This document shows positions 11,527 through 24,149 of a stretch of 64,000 bases of DNA, piece after piece. Position 1 is the first letter of the stretch. Each line of letters starts with the position of its first letter. This DNA is from Octopus sinensis (Eukaryota), in contig NW_021833271.1 in the NCBI RefSeq assembly GCF_006345805.1, positions 28,426-92,425 on the forward strand, written 5' to 3'. A program made the position numbers and the translations under genes. Below the pieces are notes generated by a model, which did not search any database, was not told the DNA's origin, and worked only from the letters and a program-made list of their open reading frames with translations.

Positions 11527-14213
11527 TTGTTGTTAGGGGTAGAAGACAGCTGGACGTTTCTAAGGGACAACCTGCTGAGAGCCACTGACCAGATCTGTGG
11601 CTGGTGCAAAGTCCCCTCTCGACCTAGAATAATGTGGTGGTGGAACAATATTGTAGACAGGGCTATTAGAGAAAAGAGACAGGCTTGGAAGGTCTGGAAA
11701 AATGGGGGTAGCAGGGAATTGTATCAGACTGCCAAAAGAGAAGCTAGGAGACAGGTTTATTTAGCCAGAGGGGAAGCAGATAAGAAAAAATTTGCCAATG
11801 TTCTGCGCCGTGAGGACCAAAGACTGGAGGTGTTTCGTGTTGCAAGACAGTGTGTGAGAGAGAATCGTGATGTGGTAGGAGAGAAGTGTGTTCGCATGGA
11901 AGATGGTTCACTTGCGCTAAATGAGGATGCAAAGAGAGAGGTTTGGAGATGCCACTATGAAAGGTTGCTGAATGAAGAAAATGAATGGGATAAAGAGAGT
12001 CTGCCGAATGTTGACCCAACAGAGGGACCAGCTATACGAGTTAATAGTTCCGTGGTAGCTAAGGCAATTAGAAGCATGAAGACAGGGAAAGCCCCAGGCC
12101 CATCAGGAATCACTGCAGAGATGCTCAAAATGTCTGGTAGTGTCGGCTATAGCCTAGTCACCCGTATAGTTAATCAGGTGATACACAACGGGGTCATACC
12201 CAATGACTGGTGTAGCAGTATAATAGTCAACTGCTACAAAAGTAAAGGTGATGCCCTAGATACAAATAACTACAGAGGTATCAAGCTGTTGGACCAGGTG
12301 ATGAAGGTTACGGAGAGGGTCATAGCCCAACTAATTAGAGAGAGAGTTAGTTTAGATGAGATGCAGTTTGGGTTTGTGCCAGGGAAAAGTACTACTGATG
12401 CTATATTCCTGGTAAGGCAGCTGCAGGAGAAATACCTAGCCAAAGATTAGCCCCTGTACCTGGCTTTTGTTGACATGGAGAAAGCCTTCGACAGGGTCCC
12501 CCGATCCCTTATCTGGTGGGCAATGAGGAAACTAGGGATAGATGAATGGTTAGTGAGAGCTGTGCGGGCCATGTATAGGGACGCCGCTAGTAGGGTGAGG
12601 GTTGGAAATGAGTACAGTGAAGAATTCCGGGTAGAGGTAGGAGTCTACCAAGGCTCAGTACTCAGCCCCCTCCTATTTATCATAGTCCTCCATCCAGGCA
12701 ATAACGGAGGAATTCAAGACAGGATGCCCTTGGGAGCTCCTCTATGCTGATGACCTTGCTCTAATTGCTGAGTCGCTATCAGAACTGGAGGAGAAGTTTC
12801 AGGTGTGGAAACAAGGATTAGAATCGAAGGGCCTCAGAGTCAATCTAGCTAAAACCAAAGTCGTAATCAGTAGGAAGGTAGACAAATCACAAACACCTTC
12901 AGGTAGATGGCCCTGCTCGATCTGTAGAAAAGGTGTAGGTAGAAACTCTATAAGATGCACCAAGTGTAAGCTATGGACACATAAGAGATGCAGCAATGTC
13001 AAAGGAAGGCTAACTAGGAAGATGGTTTTTGTATGTGGCAGATGCTCAGGAATAATAAACACTGAAAATGCTCTGAGACCAACTTCCGTCACTTTCCAGG
13101 GAGAAAAACTAGAAATAGTTGATAGTTTCCGTTACCTAGGTGACCAAGTCAGCAGCGGGGGTGGGTGTGCTGAAAGTGTAACTGCTAGAGTAAGAATAGC
13201 TTGGGCAAAGTTCAGAGAGCTCTTACCTCTGCTGGTGACAAAAGGCCTCTCGCACAGAGTGAAAGGCAGACTGTATGATGCGTGTGTACGAACAGCCATG
13301 CTACATGGCAGTGAAACATGGGCCGTGACTGCTGAGGATATGCGTAAGCTCGCTAGAAATGAAGCCAGTATGCTCCGATGGATGTGTAATGCCGGTACTC
13401 ACACTCGGCAGAGTGTAAGTACCTTGCGAGAAAAGCTGGACCTAAGAAGCATCAGTTGTGGTGTGCAAGAGAGACGTTTGCGCTGGTATGGTCATGTGGC
13501 GAGAATGGATGAAGATAGTTTGTGTGAAAAAGTGCCACACCCTAGCGGTTGAGGGAACCTGTGGAAGAGGCAGACCCAGGAAAACCTGGGACGAGGTGGT
13601 GAAGCACGACCTTCGAACTTTAGGTCTCACTGAGGAAATGACTAGAGACCGAGACCTCTGGAAGTGTGCTGTGCGTGAGAAGACCCGGCAGGACAAGTGA
13701 GTCCATAACCCGTGGCCTTCTACATGGGATGGAGCCAGCCTACGTATGCATACCTTCCCTTCTTGGGACACAAAACTCTACTTGTGAAGACGTGTTGAGG
13801 CAAGTGAGGATCAGAATCGAAATCGATCAATGGAAATCGATCAATGGAAATTGCAGATGTGTTACCAGTGCCGGTGGCATGTAAGAGAACTTTCCGTTTC
13901 GCGACCGTTACCAGCACCGCCCCGTTTCGTGTCCATTGCCAGCCTTGCCTGGCCCTCGTGCCGGTGGCACATAAAAGCACCATCCGTTCGTGGCCGTTTG
14001 CCAGCTCTGTCTGGCACCTGTGCAGGTGGCACGTAAAAAGCACCCACTACACTCACGGAGTGGTTGGCGTTAGGAAGGGCATCCAGCCGTAGAAACACTG
14101 CCAGATTTGACTGGGCCTGATGAAGCCTTCTGGCTTCACAGACCCCAGTAGAACCGTCCAACCCATGCTAGCATGGAAAACGGACGCTAAACGATGATGA
14201 TGATGATGATGAT
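11527..14213 (+). mobile_element. RTE-clade LINE, 5'-truncated; RT with one stop and frameshifts; PHD finger insert; (GAT)n tail
   Basis: KAPGPSG, NYRGIKLL, QFGFVPGKSTTDAIF, FVDMEKAFDRVP, GVYQGSVLSPLLF, ELLYADDL (~12735-12760), FRYLG, GSETW and RLRWYGHV. The 3' UTR ends in gatgatgat at 14213. Confidence 0.97.
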
Positions 14214-15865
14214 ACATATGGTGTTAGTTTCCTTTTTGGCAAAAAATATTTATTTTTCTAAGATCTTCCTAAAACTTTTAGTAACAGAGTTTTCATTTAA
14301 ATTCTATATCATATTATATTTGTTAGCTTTAGAAAGAAGAGAAATGTTTGTATCCTGTTTAGAACTTCATGAAAACCACTTTGTAACATAAAGGTAATGG
14401 TTTCTAGGAGACCTAGTTTTATATTTCTTCAGATGTCTTGAGATCAAAGTTAAAGTAGGAGGTGATGAATCATCATAATCTTAGAAATATTGGCTGTGAA
14501 ATCAATAGGCTGTTTCTGAGTAGAATTGTAGAGATTGTCTTTATTAGAGATGATGCAGATAATTGCATATTTCTTCATTTTTGATTAAGTGATCTTTGAG
14601 CACAAATTTCAAACTTTGTAAAGGATTAGTCACTTGGAAATAATAATCTCAAGGTGATATCTGAGACAATATCACATAGTGATAATCCCATTCTAAGTTA
14701 CCCAAATCTCAAAATTTCTGAATTGATATCTTGTACAGATTATATCAATTTGAATCCTTTGAAAAACCTTCCTCTTTATTTTACACAGTAGTGTCTTGTC
14801 TTTGGCCACATCTATAAAAATAATCAGGAGACCAAGTTATCCACTTCTATACATCACTTGAAGTTGCTCACTTGACTTGTAGTTTTAAATTAGAAGCTAT
14901 AATAGTGACATCTTAGATAATGAATAGAGTTGAAAAAAAGGAACTGATTGAATGTTTTGTTGTGTGTAGAAGGTTGAACTGGATTCACTGTGGATAGCAA
15001 ATACAACATATGTTCATGGTACTGGGTTTGTTAAAAAGTGATGGAAAAGAATTTTTGACAAAGTTGCTGGATGTCTAATTAGCAAGTGTCTGTTTAATTG
15101 CAATCAAGGAGCTAAAAACTTATATGCAGACATTGATTTCTTTTTGGGCAGTAAAGCAGCTCTGTGGGTGTTTCAGCCCTTTCCATCATGGCACTAGAAC
15201 TGTCCAGGGCCACCTACTGGTGTAAACAACAACATAAGCATGCAACAGCCCAAGCTTTGGTGATCAGATGTTGCAACTCTGGATCAGTTATTTCTACCAT
15301 CCTCATTGCTAATTCTTGCTTCGTCACTCATGCTCTCTCCTCAGGAAGATATAATAAGTTGCTTTCTTGACAACTTCTGGCAATTTTCTTGTAACATCTT
15401 TTGTGTCATTTGCACCTAGTCCAAAACTCCCGAGCATCAAGTGAACCCTGATTCCAACAAATCCTCTGACATTGTCTCTACAGGAAGGTATATTACCTCT
15501 CTTCCATTGTTTTCCCAAAGTTTTAAACAACCTTATCATATTTTCTTTCCTGAGGAGAGCATCTTCGATGTTTCCTTCTTAGGGAACTGTCAGCTTTACC
15601 ACCTTTTTTTCTTAGCACCGTATGACAAGCTCAGGTCTCTTGATGGTAAAAAGTGACAAGTGATATTTACCATCAGAATCAACAGAAACTCCTACTTCCC
15701 CATTTTCGATCATTCTTCTTCCTTACAGTGGCTGGCTTGCAACCTTTATCTTCCCATGCCCCACTACTTGTGGCCTTTTGCCATTGCTAATTCACATTAC
15801 CCTCTCCTATACTGCATCAATCAGTACTCTAAATGCTTGGTTATACTGCCATATGCATCATAGTC

Positions 15866-16010
15866 TGAGTTCAAATTCCACCAAGGCCTACTTTGCCTTT
15901 CATTCTTTTGGAATTGATAAAATAAGTACCTGTTAAGCACTGGGGTTGATATAATTGACTAGCCCCTTCCTCAAAATTCCAGGCTTTTTTGCCTATAGTA
16001 GAAAGCATTA
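15866..16010 (+). mobile_element. SINE fragment (Nin/Deu-like domain)
   Basis: tgagttcaaattccaccaaggcctactttgcctttcattcttttggaattgataaaataagtacc...cctatagtagaaagcatta; same family as 2700-2896. Confidence 0.65.
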
Positions 16011-16146
16011 TTTCATCATATTTATACCAAAAACTTACAATAATCTTCAATTGATAATTTAGAATATTTATTGTTAGTTTCAGAAAATATTTAATTTCTA
16101 GTACACGTGTATTTTCTCTTTTAATATTTTCTTTTTTTTTCACCAG

Positions 16147-16455
16147 TGAGACCTATGTTCAGTTCAGGATCAAATTGTCCAAAAAAGAGAAATGTTTCCA
16201 ATGGAGAAACTGTAATTTTGAAACAGTGTTTTTATTCGCATCCAAAATCTGATGTAAAATGGCAGAAAAATGAGGAATCAATTGACTCAAACAAATATTT
16301 AATAACTGATTATTTACAAGATGAGTTTCCTTTCAAAGGAAGCTGTACTAGTTTGAAGATAGAAGACACCAAAGATGATGTTATAGATACTTATACCTTA
16401 ACAGTGGAAAACTCAGAAGGAAAAGAAACTGTTGTTTTTACTTTGAGATATAAGA
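16147..16455 (+). CDS. IgSF receptor exon C: membrane-proximal Ig-like (I-set-like) domain lacking the F-strand Cys
   Basis: Poly-T + CAG acceptor at 16146; A|GTAAGT donor at 16456; phase 1-1. Reads RPMFSSGSNCPKKRNVSNGETVILKQCFYSHPKSDVKWQKNEESIDSNKY...SLKIEDTKDDVIDTYTLTVENSEGKETVVFTLRYK. Confidence 0.9.
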
Positions 16456-16677
16456 GTAAGTTGTTACATGCTTCTTTATCATTTAGAATGTTATTTTATG
16501 TTATACAGAATTGTTTGTAATTTATTAATATATTCATAAAGTACTTAAAGTTCTACTTTCAGTTTAAGTGTTATAGTCAGCTCTGGGTTTTAATGTCAGA
16601 GTGTCTAGTTTAGCTTTGTTTCTTGCTCAGTATTACATTTGTAAGTACAAATAATTTTCCTTTCAGAAATCATCATT

Positions 16678-17670
16678 ATCACCATCATCATCATCATTTA
16701 ACATCTACTTTCCATGTTGGCATGGGTTGGACATTTTGACTAGAGGTCACCAAGCGGAAGACTGCACCATGCTATGCTTTCTGTTTTGACATGATTTTGA
16801 ATGGACTGAATGCTTATGTGACACCAGCACAACTGAGATCAGTTTTGGCATGTTTTTTTTTAACAGTTGGATGCTCTTCCAAACGCCAACCACTATACAG
16901 TGTGGAATGGATGCTTTTTATGTGGCACCAACAATAACAGAGTCACCAAATAACTTGTAAGATAAAGATCCTTTGAGAGACGATGTGGCATTGGAGGTGA
17001 TCTTGTGCCAGATGATGAAAGGTTAGTGTATGACAGAGAAACAAATAGATGTGTTGCTGCAGAGGAGATACATGATTACCCAGTCAGAAGGAGAGAGAAG
17101 GAGTGATCGCGATTGAGGCCAGTAATGGGTGTGTTGCTGTAGAAGTGATACATAGTTAACCAGTCTAAGGAATAGAGAAAGGGAGTGAAAGAGAGCAAAA
17201 GAAAGAGGGAGATTGTCAGAGAGCAGGAGAAAGAGGGAGAGTGCAAGAGAGCAGGAGAAAGAGAAAGAGAGTGCAAGAGAGCAGAGAGAGATGGTGGTAA
17301 AGCACCAGAGCATGCTCACAAGGAATGGGGATCAGAATATAAATGGGATGGTAGAGAAGAGCCAGGAGGAGATAAGTGGTAGCAAAGTGGAAGAGTATGC
17401 TCTAAAGACATGGGGTCAGAATATAAAAGGGTGGGAGTTGCCAAGGTACATGTATAGAGAGTGAATGCAAGGTGTGTGGGGGTGGGGTATGCAGTGACTG
17501 TTAAAACCTGGGCATAGAGTGGGTAGGGGACAACAGGATAGTAATGATACTGTGAGCAGTGCAGTGTGGACAGGACTGGGGAGCAAGAGATAAGCATAGT
17601 GCATTAAAAGGGGAAATGTGAGTAAGAGGAGAGATGTAGTTTGGTTTGTTGGAGTAGGGTGTGAAGATGG
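16678..17670 (-). mobile_element. Composite RTE-tail + GA-rich retroposon (same family as 470-2570)
   Basis: (CAT)n-tttaacatctactttccatgttggcatgggttgg start, followed by the shared gtgccagatgatgaaaggttag...gaggagatacatgattacccagtcag block. Confidence 0.6.
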
Positions 17671-19264
17671 CAAAACTTATATTGGGAAACTACTCCCTCA
17701 GTTTTAGTGAAGTTTTCAGGTTGATTAACTATTTTTAGTGTGTTTATTTAAATATTTTCTATGTAGTTTAAGTGGAGTTGTTTTAAATGTAGTAAGGCAT
17801 TTTTGCTGAAATAGGGAAACAGTGAACGAATGCATATAAATACTGAAATATTACCTCTTTTTGGCCTTTCTACTGGTCCAAATTGGTTAAATCTCTTAAG
17901 TTATTTTGATTTATATGATTCCCTATACAATGTTCATGGAGATTTAATAAATCTGTCAGTTGGACACTTAGCACTAGGAAGGAGATCCAGTTGTATAAAC
18001 CATGCGAAAACAGACACTAAAGCTTGATGTGGCTCCCAGACTTACCAGCTCCTGTCAAACAGTTCACCATGCCAGTATAGATAACAGATGTGAAATGACA
18101 GCAGCAATGTTCTTTTTTTTTTTTTGTCATAGAACAGAATATTTGGAATTAATGCAGTTATTGCAAGTTAAATGATGTCAAGTTACTACAAAGCAGCACT
18201 AAGTAAAAAATTCAGAACCTGTCTGAGACAGGATAACATTGGCCTCACCAAGTTAGAAACAGTTCCATGCATGTAGATTGCTTGAAGTTGATGGTTCATC
18301 TGTGGTCTTCATTAATCAATGACCAATGGCCTAAGGAAGAGTTGGGGGAACTGTTCAGTATGAAAAGTAAATTGAAAGGTGTATAAGAATTTCTGAGGTA
18401 CATTTTTACTGAGAAAATTAATGAATCTTTCAAATTCATAGATATGCTATGTATATTACATTACTATTTAAATTTTTTCATATGGATCTTTATAGATTTT
18501 CTCATTGAGTAATTTCAAATTTAAAATCAGGTGATGAGCTCCTCACTCCTAGTGTAGACCATATTTATAAAGTATTCTGGGATAGTTACAAACAATTTAT
18601 ATCACTATATGAAATGGCAGGAATTCAATTTATTATCCAATTTAACAAACTGCAAATGCTATATTGGCCTTAGTCTCCTTATTCTTTTCCTAATTTATAG
18701 CTTTCTTATGAAAAATAGTTCTGAAATCATATGTTAAAATTCAAGAATTATAATGCTTAGATGAGGCTGATTAGGGGACCTTAGCCAGCAGTTACAAGTA
18801 CACACAATTTCGGCATGCACTTCCACTTTCCCCAGAAAAGATTGCCACATCATTGCGTGGGTTTGAAATCATTAGTGTAACCCGACGGACATATTGTTTT
18901 TACTGTGCTGTCACTGTGTAAAATGCTGAAATATTCAACACTACATTACATAACTACAGTTATGTCTGTGCAGTCACAGAGAAGAATGATTAGAAACATT
19001 TCTAAAGCATTAACAGAATGAACACATCCTTATTAGAAGGATATAAATTGCCCTCATCATCATTTTGATGTCTGTCTTTGATGTTGGCATGGGTTGGATG
19101 GTTTCATAAAAGCTGGCAAGCCAGAGAGCTGCACCAGGCCCAATTGTTTGATTTGCCATGGTTTCTATGGCTGATTGCTCTTCCTAATGCCTGCCACCTT
19201 ACAGAGTGTACTGGGTGCTTTTAATGCAACACCAGCACTGATGACTTTTTTTATATGGCACCAA

Positions 19265-19575
19265 CTGGCACTCCATTGGTAATGGTGATGAGTGTTCCAG
19301 TTGATTGGGTCATTGGAACAGCCTGCTCATGAAATTACCATACAAGTGACTAAGCACTCCACAGATATGTGTTCTCAGAGAGATTCAGTGTGACAATGAA
19401 TGTGGCAAGGCTGGCCCTTTGAATTACAGGTACAATTAATTTTTGTCAACCCAGTGATTGGAGCAACATGATATTGAAGCATCTTGCTCAAGGATGCAAT
19501 GTACTGTTGGGAGTCAAACTAACAGTTTTATTATCATGAGCCAAATACACTAACCACTAAGCCATGCACCTTCAC
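19265..19575 (-). mobile_element. tRNA-derived SINE nested in an RTE-tail element
   Basis: The reverse complement begins gtgaaggtgcatggcttagtggttagtgtatttggctcatgat (A-box-like). The 3' part matches the SINE at 49500-49625. Confidence 0.6.
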
Positions 19576-20169
19576 ATGTGGCACCAGCACCAGTGGGGTT
19601 GCCAAGTAACTTGTGAGACCTCTCAGTTGGGAGAGGAAGTGGAACTGAGGGAAGTAGCTTAGTGCCAAGTGAGAGATTAGAATATGATAGGGGAATAGAG
19701 ATAAATGTCATACTACGGAAGAGATACTTGGCTACTCCAGAAGGAAAAAAAGAAGAGAGAGAAAGTTAAAAGAAAGATAGAGACATTCAAAGCAAGAGAA
19801 AGAGCGAGAGAGAAATAGATGGTGTTGAAGTTGCATCGGAATCTGGTGGGGAGTAGTAGTAGTCCGAAGAGAATAGAAAGCCGATGTTCTACAAAAGTGT
19901 GAGGGGAAATGTTTAGAGATGAGGATGAGGTGACTTTAGGAGGTAATGGTGAGAGAAATTGAAACTGGAATGGTTGGGAGGGAGTGTGATTGATATGTGA
20001 GGGCATGTAGTGTGTGCAGTTAGGTATTTGAGATAGAGTGGATGTGACTATAGCAAATGGGGATTATGGTTGTTGGAATGAAGGGGAGGTATTTGGAAGA
20101 TGGGTAGTGGGGGAATTTTGACAAAGGACAGATTACATTGGTGAGTGTGAGAGGAAGGCACGGCCATAA

Positions 20170-21322
20170 AGGACATGCCTGTATGTATGGACGGCCACAA
20201 TTTTACTTAGTTTGACATATCTTCTCAAGCACAACAAATCACCAGAAGTCTCGGTCCTTTGTCATCTCCTGTGTGAGGCTCAACATCTGAAGATCATTTC
20301 TCACCACTTTGTCTCGCATCTTCCTCAGTTTACCTCATTTAAAAGTTTACAGATCAGCACTTCTTTATGCAGCTATCCTCAGCCTTATGCATCACATGAC
20401 AGTACTAGCACAGTCTTCTCTCTTGCACACTGCATCTGATGCCACTTATACCCAATTTTTTTCTCAAAATTCTTACACTCTATTGTACATGCACACTGAC
20501 ATTGCACATTTCTTTCAAGCCTTCAATTACCCTCTGCAGTCACAGCCCATGTTTCACTGTCACTATCCATACATAGGCATCATCTGTTCTACCTTTCACT
20601 CTGAGAGAGAGGCCTTTTGTTACCTGCAATATTGCCCAGCACATTCTTATTCTAGCAACATTTTCAGAGCATTCTCCTCCACTGTTAACTTGGTCATCAA
20701 GGTAATGGAAGCTATCCACACTTGTAAAGAACTGCCCACCTACTTCATACATTCTTAGTTTTTATTGTACCTACTTACCTGTGACACACAAAGAATAGTT
20801 TTTCTGTTAAACTTCCTGTGATACTGCAGTATTTCTTGTGTGTTACACTGAGTACAATTTATGGAATTTCTACCTATACCTTTTCTGCATATCAAGAACA
20901 GCTGTCTCCCTGAAGAGATTAATAACTTGTCTACTTTCCTACTTACTAGGACTTTGGTCTTTGCTTAATTAATTCTGAGGCCCTTTTATTCCAGACCTTG
21001 TCTCCACACCTGAAATTTCTTTTACAATTCTAGTAGAGATTCAGCTATAAGAACAAACTCATCAGCATAGAGGAGCTCCCAAAGGCAATCAGTCTTAAAT
21101 TCTTCTGTTATGGCGTGGAGGACTATGATAAGAAGAGGAAGCTAAGAACTGATCTTTGATGAATACCTAACTGTACACAAAATCCATTACTCTTCTCATT
21201 GCCAACTTTCACCTTACTGACAGCATCCCTGTACATGGCTTGTATGGCTCTCACCAAGCACTCATCTATCACTAGCTTCTACGTTGGCTACCAGATTAAG
21301 GAGCAGGGGACCTGTCAAAAGC
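20170..21322 (-). mobile_element. RTE LINE fragment (RT C-terminal half), decayed
   Basis: Minus-strand peptides VDSFHYLDDQVNSGGEC...KGLSLRVKGR, ELLYADE and the PHD region; homologous to 12480-13700. Confidence 0.85.
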
Positions 21323-21639
21323 TTTCTCCATTTTCTAGTGACTTTATAACAACTTTGGTTGCAATTGAATACAAAAAATTCAAAAATTTGCAGCTTTATT
21401 TAAAAGGCATATTGCATGGTATTTTTGTGTGGATTTGAACGTTGCATGGAAACATGATATGAGCGCTGGTAGGCATTAGATTAATACCTTTTGTTGGATG
21501 TGCAATACTAATGTGAGCTGAGAAATCTATTGCTTTTAGTGGATTATAATGGAAAGACATTTTTGTTGAATTAAATGTGTGGTGGAAAGGAAAACAGAAG
21601 TGTAATAAAATGAAACACTATAAAAATTGATAGTACCCT

Positions 21640-23182
21640 GGTAGATAAAGAAATTAAGGATATGAAAACAGAAGCACCTGTCTCATAAGTAATCACTGCT
21701 GAGATGCTTAAAATATCAGGTGGTGTGGATTATGGTCTTGTCATCCACATCGTAAATCAGGTAGTTTCAGATTATTGGATCAGGTGATGAAAGTTACGGA
21801 GAGGGTCACAGCCCAACTAATTATGGAAAGAGTTAGCCTAGATAAGATGCAGTTTGGTTTTGTGCCAAGCAGAAGCACCACTGATGCTATATTTTTGGTA
21901 AGGTAACTGCGGGAGAAATATCTGGCCAAATATAAACCTCTGTACTTGGCTTTTGTTGACTTGGAGAAAGCTTATCTGATGGCCAATGTGAAAACTGAGG
22001 ATGGACAAGTGGTTGATAAGAGCTGTACAGAGATACAGTCAGTAAGATGACAGTTGGCAACGAGTATAGTGGATAATTCCAGGTAGAAGTATAGATTCAC
22101 CAGGGATCAGTCCTCAGTCCCCTCTTATTCATTATAGTCCTCCAGGCAATAACAGAGGAAGCCCCTCTATGCTGATGACCATGTTCTAATAGCCAAGTCA
22201 CTGCCAGAACCAGAGAGAGAGTTTAGGGTGTAGAAGCAAGGTCTAGAATTGAAGAGCCTTAGGGTTAACATAGCAAAAACCAAAGTTTTAGTAAGTAGGG
22301 AGGATGAAAAATCACAAACACCTTCAGGTAGATGGCCCTGCTCAATCTTTAGAAAAGGCATAGGTAGAAACTCCATATGATGTACCCGGTGTAATCAATG
22401 GACACATAAAAGGTGCAGCAATATCAAAGGAAGGTTAACTGGGAAGAATTAAACACTGAAGATGTACAGAAATCATATTCCATCACATGCAAGGAGGGAA
22501 TACTAGAAGTAGTTGATATCTTCCACTAACTAGGCAACCAATTCTGTAGTGGGGTGGTTGCTCTGATATTGTCATGGCTAGAATAAGAATAGCGTGGGCA
22601 AAGTTCAGAGAGCTCCTATTTTTGATTGAGAAAACCTGGCAACTGAAGTGAGATCACTACCATGGCCGATGCCGGTGTTGCATGTCCAGTCCATTTAAGA
22701 GTACCCTGATGCGTTGGGTGATATGCTATGCTTGAGAAGTCCTGTTGAGTCAAGTAAAACAAAATTGTAGCTGTGGCCTGTGCCTCCTGACTGGCTCCTG
22801 TTCTCGTGGCACATAGAAAGCAGTATCCAAATGTGATTGAGGCCAGGATCGCATGACTGGTTCCTATGCTGGCGGCACGTAAAAATCACCATCCAAATGT
22901 GGCCGATGCCAGAAACCCCTGACTGGCTCCTGTGCTGGTGGCACGTAAAAAGTACTATCTGAACATGATCAATGCCAGGCCCACCTAACTGGCACCTGTG
23001 CTGATGGCCCCCACTACACTCTCGGAGAGGTTAGCATTAGGAAGGGCATCCTGCTGTAGAAACATTGGCAGATCAGATTGGAGCCTGGTGCAGCTGCTGG
23101 CTCTCCAGACCTCACTCAAACCATCCCACCCATGCCAGAATGTAAAATGGATGTTAAACGATAATGATGATAATGATGATGA
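21640..23182 (+). mobile_element. RTE LINE fragment with 3' UTR and (GAT)n tail, decayed
   Basis: QFGFVPSRSTTDAIF, FVDLEKA, HQGSVLSPLLF, LYADD and GRWPCS motifs. The tail gttaaacgataatgatgataatgatgatga ends ~110 bp before the TM exon. Confidence 0.9.
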
Positions 23183-23292
23183 GTTGTGTACCCCAATAAA
23201 ATGAGACACATGAGTAATGAAAAATTCTTCATTATACTTACTATATATATATTGATGTAATAATTCATGGTCTTTTTAATACATCTTTTCAG

Positions 23293-23394
23293 AAAAGCAA
23301 GAAATACCTATGGAAATAATTATTGGTTGCAATGTCGGAATTGTATTATTATTAATAATAATGGGTCTTACTTATATATTCTACAAAAGAAGAG
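23293..23394 (+). CDS. IgSF receptor exon D: transmembrane helix with basic stop-transfer residues
   Basis: cttttcAG acceptor at 23292; G|GTTTGT donor at 23395; phase 1-1. Reads (K)KQEIPMEIIIGCNVGIVLLLIIMGLTYIFYKRR and is in frame with exon C. Confidence 0.88.
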
Positions 23395-24149
23395 GTTTGT
23401 ATGTTTTTCATATTATAAAGCTTTATTTATCACAACAATGTGTGTATGTGTGTGTGTGTGTGTGTGCACGTGTATACATGTGTGTATATATATATATATT
23501 TAGAGGGAAAGTAAGAAGAAAAATAAGCAAAAATGCACATTAGAAATCAAAAAAAGTAAAGGCTTTTTATGGAAAGTAACGATAGATATATACAATCAGA
23601 TGAACTGAGGTAGGAATAAAAGTAATAAAAGCCATTATTGTGAATTGTTAAAGAGATTCAAAAGCATATGGGTTTTGTGAATTTACTAATCATTGCTTTG
23701 AATGCAAATCAATTAATGAACGGTGTCAGGTCTATTAGTCACTGAGTAAAACGGTTATGTGTATGGGAGGTAAGTAGTTCTAGATTTGGTGCAATTAGGG
23801 TAGATATAGAGCTGAATGTAAATGGTGTATTGGATGTATGGGGGTTAGTGGTATTAATTGAAAGGTTAGTAGTGTTCTGTATTACGTTAGCTGTTCATAT
23901 TGAGGTGTGGAAGATATTTATTGATGAAAGTTGCCTCTTCATGCATTCTTTGTTGTACTGAGGTGTTCTGTGAACATTGAGGGAAGGGGAAAATTAGGAA
24001 ATTGGGATTAAGATTCCTAGCACACCTTTCTATATGTTCACCAACCTGTATCTGTGTGTATTGTGGGTGGCGGATTATGAATAAGGAGAATTTTACTCCA
24101 TATATGGTATGTTGAATGATTCATTTGAACAACATTCTTACCATATATG

